A stretch of 52,974 nucleotides of DNA from contig JANMAX010000221.1 in assembly GCA_031360075.1 (NCBI GenBank), forward strand, positions 1-52,974. Reading direction: 5' to 3'. The notes beneath the pieces were generated by a model. It ran no database searches. It was given only the letters and a program-made list of their open reading frames with translations, and was not told where the DNA came from. Below are positions 27,270 through 35,876 of the stretch, piece after piece. Within the stretch, counting starts at the first letter, position 1. Each line of letters opens with the position of its first letter. The position numbers and the translations under genes are program-made. This DNA is from a bacterium (GTDB lineage Bacteria > Eisenbacteria > RBG-16-71-46).

Positions 27270-30020
27270 ATGCCTCCCATGCCGCGCTGCCCCCAGTGCT
27301 CGACCGAAGTGCCCGAAGGCTCGCGATTCTGCCCCGGATGCGGGGCGATCCAGAGTTCGGTCTCGCAGATGCCCACCGCGGTCGCTCCGCCGACACCGGT
27401 TTCGTTGCCCGCTGCACCGCCCGGTTCGCAGCCGACCTCTCAACGCTCGCCGGCGCCGCCGGTCACCGGCACGATCGGCCGGCTCGAGTCGTCCGCCAGT
27501 TTCGCCACGGCTGCGTTCCAGCCGGGGCAGGTGCTGAGCGGGCGTTACCGCGTCATCGGGCTGCTGGGCCGTGGCGGCATGGGCGATGTGTACCGGGCCG
27601 ACGACCTCGAGCTGTCGCAATCGGTGTCGCTCAAGTTCCTCGGACGCACGTTCGCGGGCCGGCCGGACATGCTCGAGCGCTTCCGCGGCGAGGTGCGCAA
27701 CGCCCGGCAGGTGTCACACCCGAACATCTGCCGTGTCTACGACATCGGTGAGGCGGACGGGCAGCACTTCCTGTCGATGGAGTACGTCGACGGCGAGGAC
27801 TTGGCCACGCTCTTGAAGCGCATCGGACGTCTGCCACGCGCCAAGGCCGAGGAGGTCGCGCGACAACTGTGCGCCGGTATCGCCGCCGCGCACGTCCGTG
27901 GCGTCATCCACCGCGTCCTGAATCCCTCGAACGTCATGATCGACGGCGAAGGCCGCGTGCGCATCACCGATTTCGGGCTCGCGGTGCGGACTGATGACGG
28001 CAACACGGGTGAGGTCGTGGGTACGCCGGCGTATATGGCGCCCGAGCAGTTCGAGGGCAAGCCGGCCACCGCGCAGACCGACCTGTATGCGCTGGGGCTC
28101 ATCCTGTACGAGGTCTTCGCGGGCCGGCGTGCGTTGGACGCCGTCACGTGGGACGGCTGGAAGTCGCAGCACTCGCAGGTCGAGCCCAAGTCGCCGGGCG
28201 AGGTCGAGCCTGACGTCGAGGAGCCGGTCGCGCGCGCCATCCTGCGCTGTCTCGAGAAGGATCCCGCCAAGCGGCCGCGTTCGGCGCTGCAACTGGCGGC
28301 ATCGCTGCCGGGCGGCGACCCCATCGCGGCGGCGCTGGCCGCGGGGGAGACGCCGTCGCCACAGATGGTCGCGGCCTCGGGCGGGCTCGGTGCCGGCAGC
28401 TCCCGCGCTGGGCTGCTCTTGCTGGCGGGTTTCGGGGTGCTGCTCGTGGGCTTCCTGGCGATCGCTCCGGCCGCGACCGATCTCGGGCTGGCGCCGTTCC
28501 GGCGCGGGCACGACGCGCTGCTCGCGCAAGCACGCGACGTGGTGAGCCGGCTCGGCTATTCCGAAGCGGCCCGCGACGAGGCGACGTGGTTCGAGCGTGA
28601 CTATGACCCGATGGTGTGGCGGGCGCGCCGTGAGCCGTCGACCAAGTGGCGCCGGGACTATGCCCGCCAGGGCACACCGCTCAACTTCTTCTATCGCCGC
28701 AGTCCGTCGCCGCTGCGGCCGTCTGCGGACCAGCGGGTCAACGGCGAAGACCCGTCGCCGTTCGCCGAGAGCATGATCTCGGTTCGGCTGGATGCCAAGG
28801 GCCGGCTGACTGGCCTCCTCGCCGTGCCATCGCGGATCGACACGCTGCAAGTGACGCCTCGCGAAGGGTTCCGCGCCGACCTTTTCGCGCTCGCGCAGAT
28901 GGATACGGCACGCTTCCATGAGGTCCCGCCCCGCTGGCGGCCGCTCTTACCCTTCGATGCCCGCCGCGAGTGGGTCGGTGACCGAGCCGAATGGCCGGGG
29001 CTTCCGCTGCGGGTGAGTGCGGCGTGGTGGCGAGGGCAACCCGTGTCGTTCGGCGTGCGCGGGCCGTGGGACGAAGCGGCCGAGACCAAGCGCACTCGCA
29101 ATGGCAATCCGATCTCGGGAATCGCACGAGCGCTCATGATCGCGGCGCTCATCACGCTCGGCATCGTCAGCGGCAGCGCGCGGCTGCGCACCGGGAAGAG
29201 CGATTGGCGCGGCGGATTGCGGCTGGTGAACGCGTTGCTGCTGCTGTGGGGCGCACAGTGGTTGTTCTCCGCGCACCACTCGCTCGCGCCCGCTGCCGAG
29301 GTCCAGTCCGCGGTGGTTCGTCTCGGGCAGGGACTCGTGGCCGCACTCACGGTGTTCTTCATCTACCTTGCGATCGAGCCCGAGGTGCGCCGGCGCACGC
29401 CCGAGTTGCTCATCGGCTGGGCGCGTCTGCTGCATGGCCGCTGGGCGGATCCACGGGTCGGCCGCGATATCCTGATCGGGAGTGTCCTGGGTGCGGCATC
29501 CGCGAACGGCATGGCGATCGTGAACGCGATCCCCACCTGGCTGCCGTTCCAGGGCCAGACCCCCGTGCCGCCCAACACCGATGTGCTGACCGGCGGGCGA
29601 CTGCTGTTCGGGCAATTCGCAGCTCTGCCGCTCGCCACGCTCAGCATCACGTTCGCGCTGTTCGGATCGTGGTTCCTGTTCTGGCTGCTGTTCCGGCGCA
29701 TGCTGCCGTCCGCGATCGCGCTGGGTGTGCTCATGACCGTGCTTGCGCTTGGGGCCGAGAATCCGGCGCTCGAAGTGCCGGGTGCCCTGTTCGACGGCGT
29801 GCTCATCGCCTATGTCATCACGCGGCACGGGCTGCTCGCGCTCATGGCTCTATGGTGCATGCGGCTCATGTTCCTGGGGATCCCCGCGCCGTTCGATGCC
29901 ACCTCACCGTTCGCGTTCTCGGCGTTCGTGGCCATCGTCGTGCCGCTGGCGCTGGTCGTGTGGGCGTTCCGCACATCGCTTGGCGGCCGCCCGGCGCTGG
30001 CGTTCCCGGCCGACGAGTAG
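27270..30020 (+). CDS. Ser/Thr protein kinase-like protein (predicted pseudokinase) with N-terminal zinc ribbon and C-terminal polytopic membrane domain
   Basis: Zinc ribbon: CPQCSTEVPEGSRFCPGCG. Kinase subdomains present: GRGGMGDVY, VSLKF, E in RFRGEVRN, DFG, TPAYMAPE. The catalytic loop is HRVLNPSN (27909-27932). One TM segment, a ~210-aa extracytoplasmic region, then about 8 TM segments. The start could be 27279. Confidence 0.85.
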   Translation: MPPMPRCPQCSTEVPEGSRFCPGCGAIQSSVSQMPTAVAPPTPVSLPAAPPGSQPTSQRSPAPPVTGTIGRLESSASFATAAFQPGQVLSGRYRVIGLLGRGGMGDVYRADDLELSQSVSLKFLGRTFAGRPDMLERFRGEVRNARQVSHPNICRVYDIGEADGQHFLSMEYVDGEDLATLLKRIGRLPRAKAEEVARQLCAGIAAAHVRGVIHRVLNPSNVMIDGEGRVRITDFGLAVRTDDGNTGEVVGTPAYMAPEQFEGKPATAQTDLYALGLILYEVFAGRRALDAVTWDGWKSQHSQVEPKSPGEVEPDVEEPVARAILRCLEKDPAKRPRSALQLAASLPGGDPIAAALAAGETPSPQMVAASGGLGAGSSRAGLLLLAGFGVLLVGFLAIAPAATDLGLAPFRRGHDALLAQARDVVSRLGYSEAARDEATWFERDYDPMVWRARREPSTKWRRDYARQGTPLNFFYRRSPSPLRPSADQRVNGEDPSPFAESMISVRLDAKGRLTGLLAVPSRIDTLQVTPREGFRADLFALAQMDTARFHEVPPRWRPLLPFDARREWVGDRAEWPGLPLRVSAAWWRGQPVSFGVRGPWDEAAETKRTRNGNPISGIARALMIAALITLGIVSGSARLRTGKSDWRGGLRLVNALLLLWGAQWLFSAHHSLAPAAEVQSAVVRLGQGLVAALTVFFIYLAIEPEVRRRTPELLIGWARLLHGRWADPRVGRDILIGSVLGAASANGMAIVNAIPTWLPFQGQTPVPPNTDVLTGGRLLFGQFAALPLATLSITFALFGSWFLFWLLFRRMLPSAIALGVLMTVLALGAENPALEVPGALFDGVLIAYVITRHGLLALMALWCMRLMFLGIPAPFDATSPFAFSAFVAIVVPLALVVWAFRTSLGGRPALAFPADE

Positions 30021-30041
30021 CCGCGTCGGCGGCCGCGCACC

Positions 30042-30923
30042 GTGTCGCCATTCGTACTCGCGCTCGTGCTGTCGTCTGCGGTCGTGCATGCGACCTGGAA
30101 CCTGTGGACCAAACAGTTGGGCCCCGGCGTGCGCAGCGCGACGCTGTTGTGGCTGCTGACCGCGATCTCGTCCGTGTGCTACGCGCCGATCGTGTGGTGG
30201 CTGTTGCACACCACTCCATGGCGGCCCGACGCCGGCGCGCTCTGGCTCATCGCGGGCAGTGGTGCGATCCACGTCGGCTACTTCGTGCTGCTGCTGCGCG
30301 GCTATCGCGTCGGGGACCTGTCGGTGGTGTATCCGTTGGCGCGCGGCACCGGGCCGCTGCTCGCGACCGCGGGCGCGGTGCTGGTGCTGGGCGAGAGGCC
30401 CAGCCTGCTGTCGGTGACCGGTGCGCTGCTGATCGCGGCCGGCGTCCTCGTGGTGACGACCGGCGGACCGCGCGGTGCGACACCGGGCGCCCCGCGCCGC
30501 GTGGCCGCGGGGGTCTGGTACGGACTCGCGACCGGCGTGGCGATCGCCGTTTACACGCTCTGGGACGGCTGGGGCGTCAAGCGCGCCGGCGTGCCGCCGC
30601 TGGTGTTCTACTGGGGCGGAGAGGTGGTGCGTGTGCTGCTGCTGTCGCCGGTGGCGCTGCGGGCACCCGGCGACATCGCCGGCTTGTGGCGCGCCCAGCG
30701 CTGGCGCGTGCTCGGGATCGCCTTGTTGAGCCCGTTGAGCTACATCCTTATCCTGCTCGCGTTGCGTCACGGCGACGTCGGCCACATCGCGCCGGCGCGT
30801 GAGATCAGCATCTTGATTGGCGCGTGGCTGGGTGGCCGCGTGCTGGGCGAAGGCGACCGGCGCCGGCGGCTCATCGCCGCCGCGGCGTTCGCTGGCGGCG
30901 TGATCGCGCTGGCATTCGCATGA
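30042..30923 (+). CDS. EamA/DMT-superfamily transporter
   Basis: GTG start. About ten TM segments in two EamA-like halves (AVVHATWNLWTKQ..., GVAIAVYTLWDGWG...). Confidence 0.75.
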   Translation: MSPFVLALVLSSAVVHATWNLWTKQLGPGVRSATLLWLLTAISSVCYAPIVWWLLHTTPWRPDAGALWLIAGSGAIHVGYFVLLLRGYRVGDLSVVYPLARGTGPLLATAGAVLVLGERPSLLSVTGALLIAAGVLVVTTGGPRGATPGAPRRVAAGVWYGLATGVAIAVYTLWDGWGVKRAGVPPLVFYWGGEVVRVLLLSPVALRAPGDIAGLWRAQRWRVLGIALLSPLSYILILLALRHGDVGHIAPAREISILIGAWLGGRVLGEGDRRRRLIAAAAFAGGVIALAFA

Positions 30924-30996
30924 CGCGGCCGGCGCACGCGGCGGGCTGGACCGACGCGCGCAAGCCGGGACCACGAGCGTAACCACGGAGATCCGC

Positions 30997-31773
30997 ATGG
31001 CACTGGTGGAAGTCGAACGCGACGGCGCGGTCGCACGCGTCTGGTTCAATCGCCCCGAGACGCACAACGCGCTCTCGGCCGAACTCGGGGGCGCGCTCGT
31101 CCACGCACTGGTCGGCCTGCACGATGATGACTCGTGCCGCGTGGTCGTGCTGGGCGGACGCGGGCCGTCGTTCTGCGCCGGCGCCGACATCGGCGCGATG
31201 AAGGCGTCGGCCGACGCCTCCTACGACGCCAATCTCGCCGAGGCGACACGGCTGGGCGCCATGTTCGCGGCGCTCGCTGATTTCCCGAAGCCGGTCGTCG
31301 GGCGGATTCACGGCGGTGTCTATGGCGGTGGCGTGGGCTTCTGCTGCGCGTGCGACATCGCGGTGGCCAGTGACGACGCCAAGTTCGGACTCACCGAGGT
31401 GAGGCTTGGCATCCTGCCGGGGCTCATCAGCCCGTACGTCATCCGCCGCCTGGGCGACCGTGCCGCGCGCGAGCTCATGCTGACCGGTGAGCGCTTCGGT
31501 GCCGCGCGGGCGCATGAAGCCGGTATCGTGAACCACGTCGTTCCTGCTGCCGAGCTCGACGCGCGCGTGAACGAGCGCGTTACCGAACTCCTGAAGGGCG
31601 GCCCGCAGGCCCAGGCGAGCGTGAAGCAGTTGTTCGTGCGCTGGCGGGAACTGGGCTGGGATGATTACCGCGCGTCGCTGCCCGAGACCCTGGCCAGCGT
31701 GCGCGGCGGCGACGAGGCCAGGGACGGGCTCGCGGCGTTCTTCGAGAAGCGCAGCCCCAAGTGGATGGCATGA
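30997..31773 (+). CDS. enoyl-CoA hydratase/isomerase family protein (methylglutaconyl-CoA hydratase candidate)
   Basis: Crotonase fold motifs: VVVLGGRGPSFCAGADI and GGVYGGGVGFCCACDIAVAS. Lies between carboxylase subunit genes. Confidence 0.85.
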   Translation: MALVEVERDGAVARVWFNRPETHNALSAELGGALVHALVGLHDDDSCRVVVLGGRGPSFCAGADIGAMKASADASYDANLAEATRLGAMFAALADFPKPVVGRIHGGVYGGGVGFCCACDIAVASDDAKFGLTEVRLGILPGLISPYVIRRLGDRAARELMLTGERFGAARAHEAGIVNHVVPAAELDARVNERVTELLKGGPQAQASVKQLFVRWRELGWDDYRASLPETLASVRGGDEARDGLAAFFEKRSPKWMA

Positions 31774-32146
31774 GCGCTGCCGAGGACGTCGAGATCGAAG
31801 TTCAGCGCCGGGCACGTCTTTCCGTGAACGGCTCGCCGTCCGGGGGTCAGCGCAGGCGCCGCCGTCAGGAGCCGGCGTGCCGGGCAGTCCCTGTCCCCGG
31901 GCACACGCCGGCGGACGGGTCGTGGGATTTCCCCGCGCGCCGGGCATGGCGTAACTTCGCGGGCGCGCGGAAGCTCGCTGGCGCCCGGCCAACTCATTGC
32001 AGCGGTGTCGGGTGACGCTCGCTCGGGTCGTCATCCCGAGGGCCTGCGAACTTCTGGCCATGACCTCGGAACGGTGTGCCGCCGTGCCCTTGCGGGCCGC
32101 CGGGACACACGACCGCCCTGCTGTCCCGGAGCCGCCCCGACCGCCC

Positions 32147-33661
32147 ATGTTCCGCAAGGTCCTGATCGCCAATCGCGGTGAGATCGCGTGCCGCATCGCC
32201 GCCACGCTGCACGAGATGGGCGTGCGTTCGGTCGCCGTCTACTCCGAGGCCGACCGCGGCGCGCTGCACACGCGCGTCTGCGACGAGGCGCAGTTCATCG
32301 GCCCGGCCGAGGCGCGCGACTCGTACCTGAACGCCGCGCGTGTCATCGAAGCCGCTCGCGCCTCCGGCGCGGACGCGGTGCACCCGGGCTTCGGGTTCCT
32401 GGCGGAGAACGCGGCATTCGCCGAGGCGGTCGAGAAGGCGGGCCTGGCGTTCATCGGACCCACGGCCGCGCAGATCCGGGCCATGGGCGACAAGCGCGAG
32501 GCGCGCCGGATCGCCGAGCGCGCGGGCGTGCCGATCGTGCCGGGTGCCGAGGGCGCCGACGTGCAGGCACTGGTGCGCGCCGCGAACGCCATGGGCTATC
32601 CGGTCATCATAAAGGCGGCACTCGGAGGCGGCGGCAAGGGCATGCAGTCGGCGCACGACGACGCTGAACTGCGCGAGGGCATCGAAGCCGCGCAGCGGCT
32701 GGCGCAATCGGCGTTCGGCGATCCCAGCGTGTACATCGAGAAACTGCTGGAGCACGCGCGACATATCGAGGTACAGGTGCTGGGCGATGGTCACGGCCGC
32801 GCCGTGCACCTGCACGAGCGCGAGTGCACGTTGCAGCGCCGCCATCAGAAGGTCGTCGAGGAGGCCCCGAGCGCAGCGCTCGACACCGAGTCTCGCGCGC
32901 TCGTCACGCACGCCGCCGTGAGGCTTGCCGAGGCCGTCAAGTACCGCGGCGCCGGCACGATCGAGACGCTGCTGTCGCGCGATGGCAAAGTGTACTTCCT
33001 CGAGATGAACACGCGGCTGCAGGTCGAGCACCCGGTGACGGAACTCATCACTGGCGTCGACCTGGTGCGCGCGCAGCTCGAGATCGCATTCAGCGGCCAG
33101 TTGCCGTTCGAGCAGTTCGGCATCCCGCGTCATGGCCACGCCATCGAGGCGCGCGTCTATGCCGAGGACGCCGCGAAGGGGTTCCTGCCGCAGGTCGGCA
33201 CGGCTGTGCGCGTGCGCTGGCCGGACGGACCCTTCGTGCGCGTGGACCGTGGCATCGAGTCGGGTGACGTGGTGAGCGTGCACTACGACCCGATGCTGGC
33301 CAAGATCATCGCGTTCGGCCCGACGCGTGAGGCCGCGCTCCAGCGGCTGCTCGGCGCGCTCGACGATACGCGCGTGCACGGTGTGGTGACGAACCTGCCC
33401 TTCCTGCGCGCGCTGTTACGCGCACCGGAGGTGCGCAAAGGCTCCTATGACACCGAGTGGATCGAGCGCGAGTTCCTGGACGGGTTCGCGTTGCTCATGC
33501 AGGCCCCGGCGCCGGACCTGGCACTGGCCGCGGCGGCCATCGCCGAGTCCACCCAGGCCGCGCCGCCTGCCGTCCAGCACGCCGCCACCGACAGATCGCC
33601 GCGTCCGGCCGATCCGTTTGCGGCCCTTGGGCGCTGGCGGCACGCAGGGCTGGCTGAATGA
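32147..33661 (+). CDS. biotin carboxylase (alpha-subunit N-terminal part of an acyl-CoA carboxylase) lacking its own biotinyl domain
   Basis: ORF 31997..33661; Met 51 is taken as the start. Contains MFRKVLIANRGEIACRI, an ATP-grasp with GGGGKGM, and EMNTRLQVEHPVTE. It ends after the BC domain plus a linker. The stop overlaps the next ATG (ATGA). Confidence 0.9.
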   Translation: MFRKVLIANRGEIACRIAATLHEMGVRSVAVYSEADRGALHTRVCDEAQFIGPAEARDSYLNAARVIEAARASGADAVHPGFGFLAENAAFAEAVEKAGLAFIGPTAAQIRAMGDKREARRIAERAGVPIVPGAEGADVQALVRAANAMGYPVIIKAALGGGGKGMQSAHDDAELREGIEAAQRLAQSAFGDPSVYIEKLLEHARHIEVQVLGDGHGRAVHLHERECTLQRRHQKVVEEAPSAALDTESRALVTHAAVRLAEAVKYRGAGTIETLLSRDGKVYFLEMNTRLQVEHPVTELITGVDLVRAQLEIAFSGQLPFEQFGIPRHGHAIEARVYAEDAAKGFLPQVGTAVRVRWPDGPFVRVDRGIESGDVVSVHYDPMLAKIIAFGPTREAALQRLLGALDDTRVHGVVTNLPFLRALLRAPEVRKGSYDTEWIEREFLDGFALLMQAPAPDLALAAAAIAESTQAAPPAVQHAATDRSPRPADPFAALGRWRHAGLAE

Positions 33662-34155
33662 AGACGACCTGGCGGGACGGGGAGCGCACGCGCGAGGTGG
33701 AACTCACCGCCCTCGGCCCCGGGCGCTGGAAGGTGAATGTGGACGGCGCCGAGTTCGAGGTCGCGTCCGAGGCGATGCCCGATGGCAAGCTGCGGCTCAC
33801 GAGCGACAGCGGCGTGACCGTGGCCGACGTCACGGCGGCCGGCACACGGCGCTTCGTACGGCTTGGCACGCTGGACTTCGTGTTCGAGCGCGACACCGAC
33901 GGCCGGCGGCGCGCGGCACGTGGCGCGCATGGCCACAGCCTCGAGGCGCCGATGCCCGGCGTGGTCACCAAGGTGCTCGTGGTGGTGGGCGACGACGTCA
34001 CCAAGGGCCAGCCGCTGCTGGCGCTCGAGGCCATGAAGATGGAGCACATGATCCGCGCCCCGCGCGACGGCCGCATCAAGAGTGTGGCGGCGAGCCCCGG
34101 CATCATGGTGCAGGCCGGCGCCACGCTGGTGGAACTCGAGGACGAAGCGGGTTGA
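33658..34155 (+). CDS. biotin carboxyl carrier (BT-like + biotinyl-lipoyl domain) protein
   Basis: C-terminal PMPGVVTKVLVVVGDDVTKGQPLLALEAMKMEHMIRAPRDGRI carries the canonical AMKM biotinylation motif. Confidence 0.8.
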   Translation: MKTTWRDGERTREVELTALGPGRWKVNVDGAEFEVASEAMPDGKLRLTSDSGVTVADVTAAGTRRFVRLGTLDFVFERDTDGRRRAARGAHGHSLEAPMPGVVTKVLVVVGDDVTKGQPLLALEAMKMEHMIRAPRDGRIKSVAASPGIMVQAGATLVELEDEAG

Positions 34156-34209
34156 GCACGGGCGGTCGCTGAAGCGCCACCGCGTCAGCAGCGCCGTGGT
34201 GCCGATCTT

Positions 34210-34755
34210 TCATGGATGCCTCGCTTCACGAACCGCACGCAGGAACTCCTCGAACTTGTCCTCCGCGCCCTCACCCACACTCCACATACGTACTCGCTGG
34301 ATGCCGATGCGGTTCACTTTCGCGATCGCGACGGCGACCTGGAGGGCCTGACGGTCGCCCCAGCGGTAGAACGCCGCCAGCCGATCCCGGCAGGCGTCCG
34401 TCGCGGACAGAGCGAGCGCCTTGTTGCGTCCACGCCGGACGAGTACCGGGCGCGGAGCAGCATCGTTCCCGATCGCCAATGGCCCGGCTGGGAACTCGAC
34501 GAAGAAGCGGCACTTCGCGTGGACGTAGCGGTCACCCTCACGATGGAATCCGATGGTCAGCATCGCCTCGTCCACGGCGGTCACGCGGATTTCCGCCGGG
34601 AGGATGTAGTCGACGTCCCGGGACACGTATGCTCCGCGGGAATGGGGCGTCGCACAGGCCCCACCGGTGAGCACTCCACGGATCCCATGTCTTCGCAGCG
34701 CATCGCCGACCACGATGGCCACTTCGGCGAGGGGCGTGCGTGAGCCGATGCTCAC
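34210..34755 (-). CDS. minimal nucleotidyltransferase-fold protein (candidate toxin/effector of a TA-like pair)
   Basis: GTG start overlaps the upstream stop (GTGA). The pol-beta-type NTase signature hG[GS]-x(9-20)-DhDh reads VLTGGACATPHSRGAYVSRDVDYIL. 181 aa. Family not recognised precisely (AbiEii/MNT/DUF6036-like). Confidence 0.55.
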   Translation of the reverse strand: MSIGSRTPLAEVAIVVGDALRRHGIRGVLTGGACATPHSRGAYVSRDVDYILPAEIRVTAVDEAMLTIGFHREGDRYVHAKCRFFVEFPAGPLAIGNDAAPRPVLVRRGRNKALALSATDACRDRLAAFYRWGDRQALQVAVAIAKVNRIGIQRVRMWSVGEGAEDKFEEFLRAVREARHP

Positions 34756-35087
34756 ATGGGCTTTCCGGTGCGGCGTGGACGCCGCCGCAGGGTCCGGACT
34801 TCTCGCTCCAGTGCAGGCTCGTTCGCGCTCAGCCGAGCGAGATAGGCGCGGAGTTCGCGTCGTGCGAAGTACCGCGGCTCGAAGCGGAACACCCGCGTCC
34901 GCCCGACGCTGCGTCCGGCGACCAGACCGTCGCGCTCGAGCCCGCGCAGCGCGGCTTGGACTCCCGAGAGGGATGTGCCGAGCACTCGCGCCAGCTCCCT
35001 GGGATAGCTCTCCTCCAGGAGTTGGAGCGCGACCAGCACGCGAGTCCGGGCCGTGCCACCGAATGGATTCGATCTGAGCATGACCAT
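34752..35087 (-). CDS. winged-helix (MarR/ArsR-like) DNA-binding protein, candidate antitoxin/regulator
   Basis: 111 aa. wHTH: RTRVLVALQLLEESYPRELARVLGTSLSGVQAALRGLERDGLVAGRSVGRTRVFRF. Basic C-terminal tail. Translationally coupled to the NTase gene. Confidence 0.65.
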   Translation of the reverse strand: MVMLRSNPFGGTARTRVLVALQLLEESYPRELARVLGTSLSGVQAALRGLERDGLVAGRSVGRTRVFRFEPRYFARRELRAYLARLSANEPALEREVRTLRRRPRRTGKPM

Positions 35088-35094
35088 TTCTATC

Positions 35095-35106
35095 GGTCAT
35101 ATGACC
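35095..35106. promoter_or_regulatory. perfect 12-bp palindrome GGTCATATGACC in an AT-rich patch, candidate operator of the wHTH-NTase operon
   Basis: Lies 8 nt upstream of the wHTH start codon (35087, minus strand). It is embedded in tatcGGTCATATGACCacttatattGGTCGAt, one of the few AT-rich stretches in the window. Confidence 0.35.
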
Positions 35107-35876
35107 ACTTATATTGGTCGATTTCAAGTGCCCTGCCGTGCCGGCTCGCCAGATGACGTGGGGGAAGGCGTAGGGCACCTATCGTTCGGGTGCTGGTGGG
35201 CGCAGGCCACCGGCTCCGGCCCGCTCCCGCGGGCTCCGCTCACCGACCGCTGCGACCGACCGTGTCGGCGCTGAGATCTACCTGTATGTCACCGCTCCCG
35301 CGACCAGTTACCCCGCGTGGTGGGGGGTCTTCGGCCCGGGCCGCTGTCGGCCGATGAGTCTCACCTTCGCAGACCTGAAGCTGGTCGCCCCGTTGGGTGG
35401 GGCCCCGGACATCAGGCTCACCCCGACCGGACTCGGCACTTCCTCCATGGTCACTTGGCAGGCCCTTCCCACGCCGACGCGGCGCTCGAGTTGGGCGAGC
35501 GTCAAAGCGCTGTATCACTGAGCGAATCCGCCTAGGGACCGCTATCGCCTGTATCGACAACGCGATGCAGCGCTCATCAAGCCCCGGCGACCTGCCGATA
35601 TCACCGCCATCGGCAGCGGGCTCCGGTGTGGATTGACCCTCGTTGGGGCCCTTGTTACCGTCGCGGCGACGCGCGGTTGCCCGCGCGGTTCACCGAGACG
35701 CCACGCTTCTCCACGAGGTGGGCGCTCATCAGATGGTTGACCCAAGGAACATCCGGGTTGAGACCACGTCCTGCACCGACATCCAGCCGTCCACGAGCTC
35801 TTGACCTGGCCTCCTCCGAGGCTTCGCGGGTCAGGAGTTCTGCGCTTTTCGGGGCTCACCAGAAGAAGGCACTCCA

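Noticed and set aside
35354-35521. 55-codon + strand ORF (MSLTFADLKLVAPLGG...) in the ORF-poor region.
   Set aside because: No Shine-Dalgarno sequence and no recognisable motif. Its GC3 (~80% by hand) is not clearly above background. It is the codon-phase mirror of the minus-strand excisionase-like ORF.
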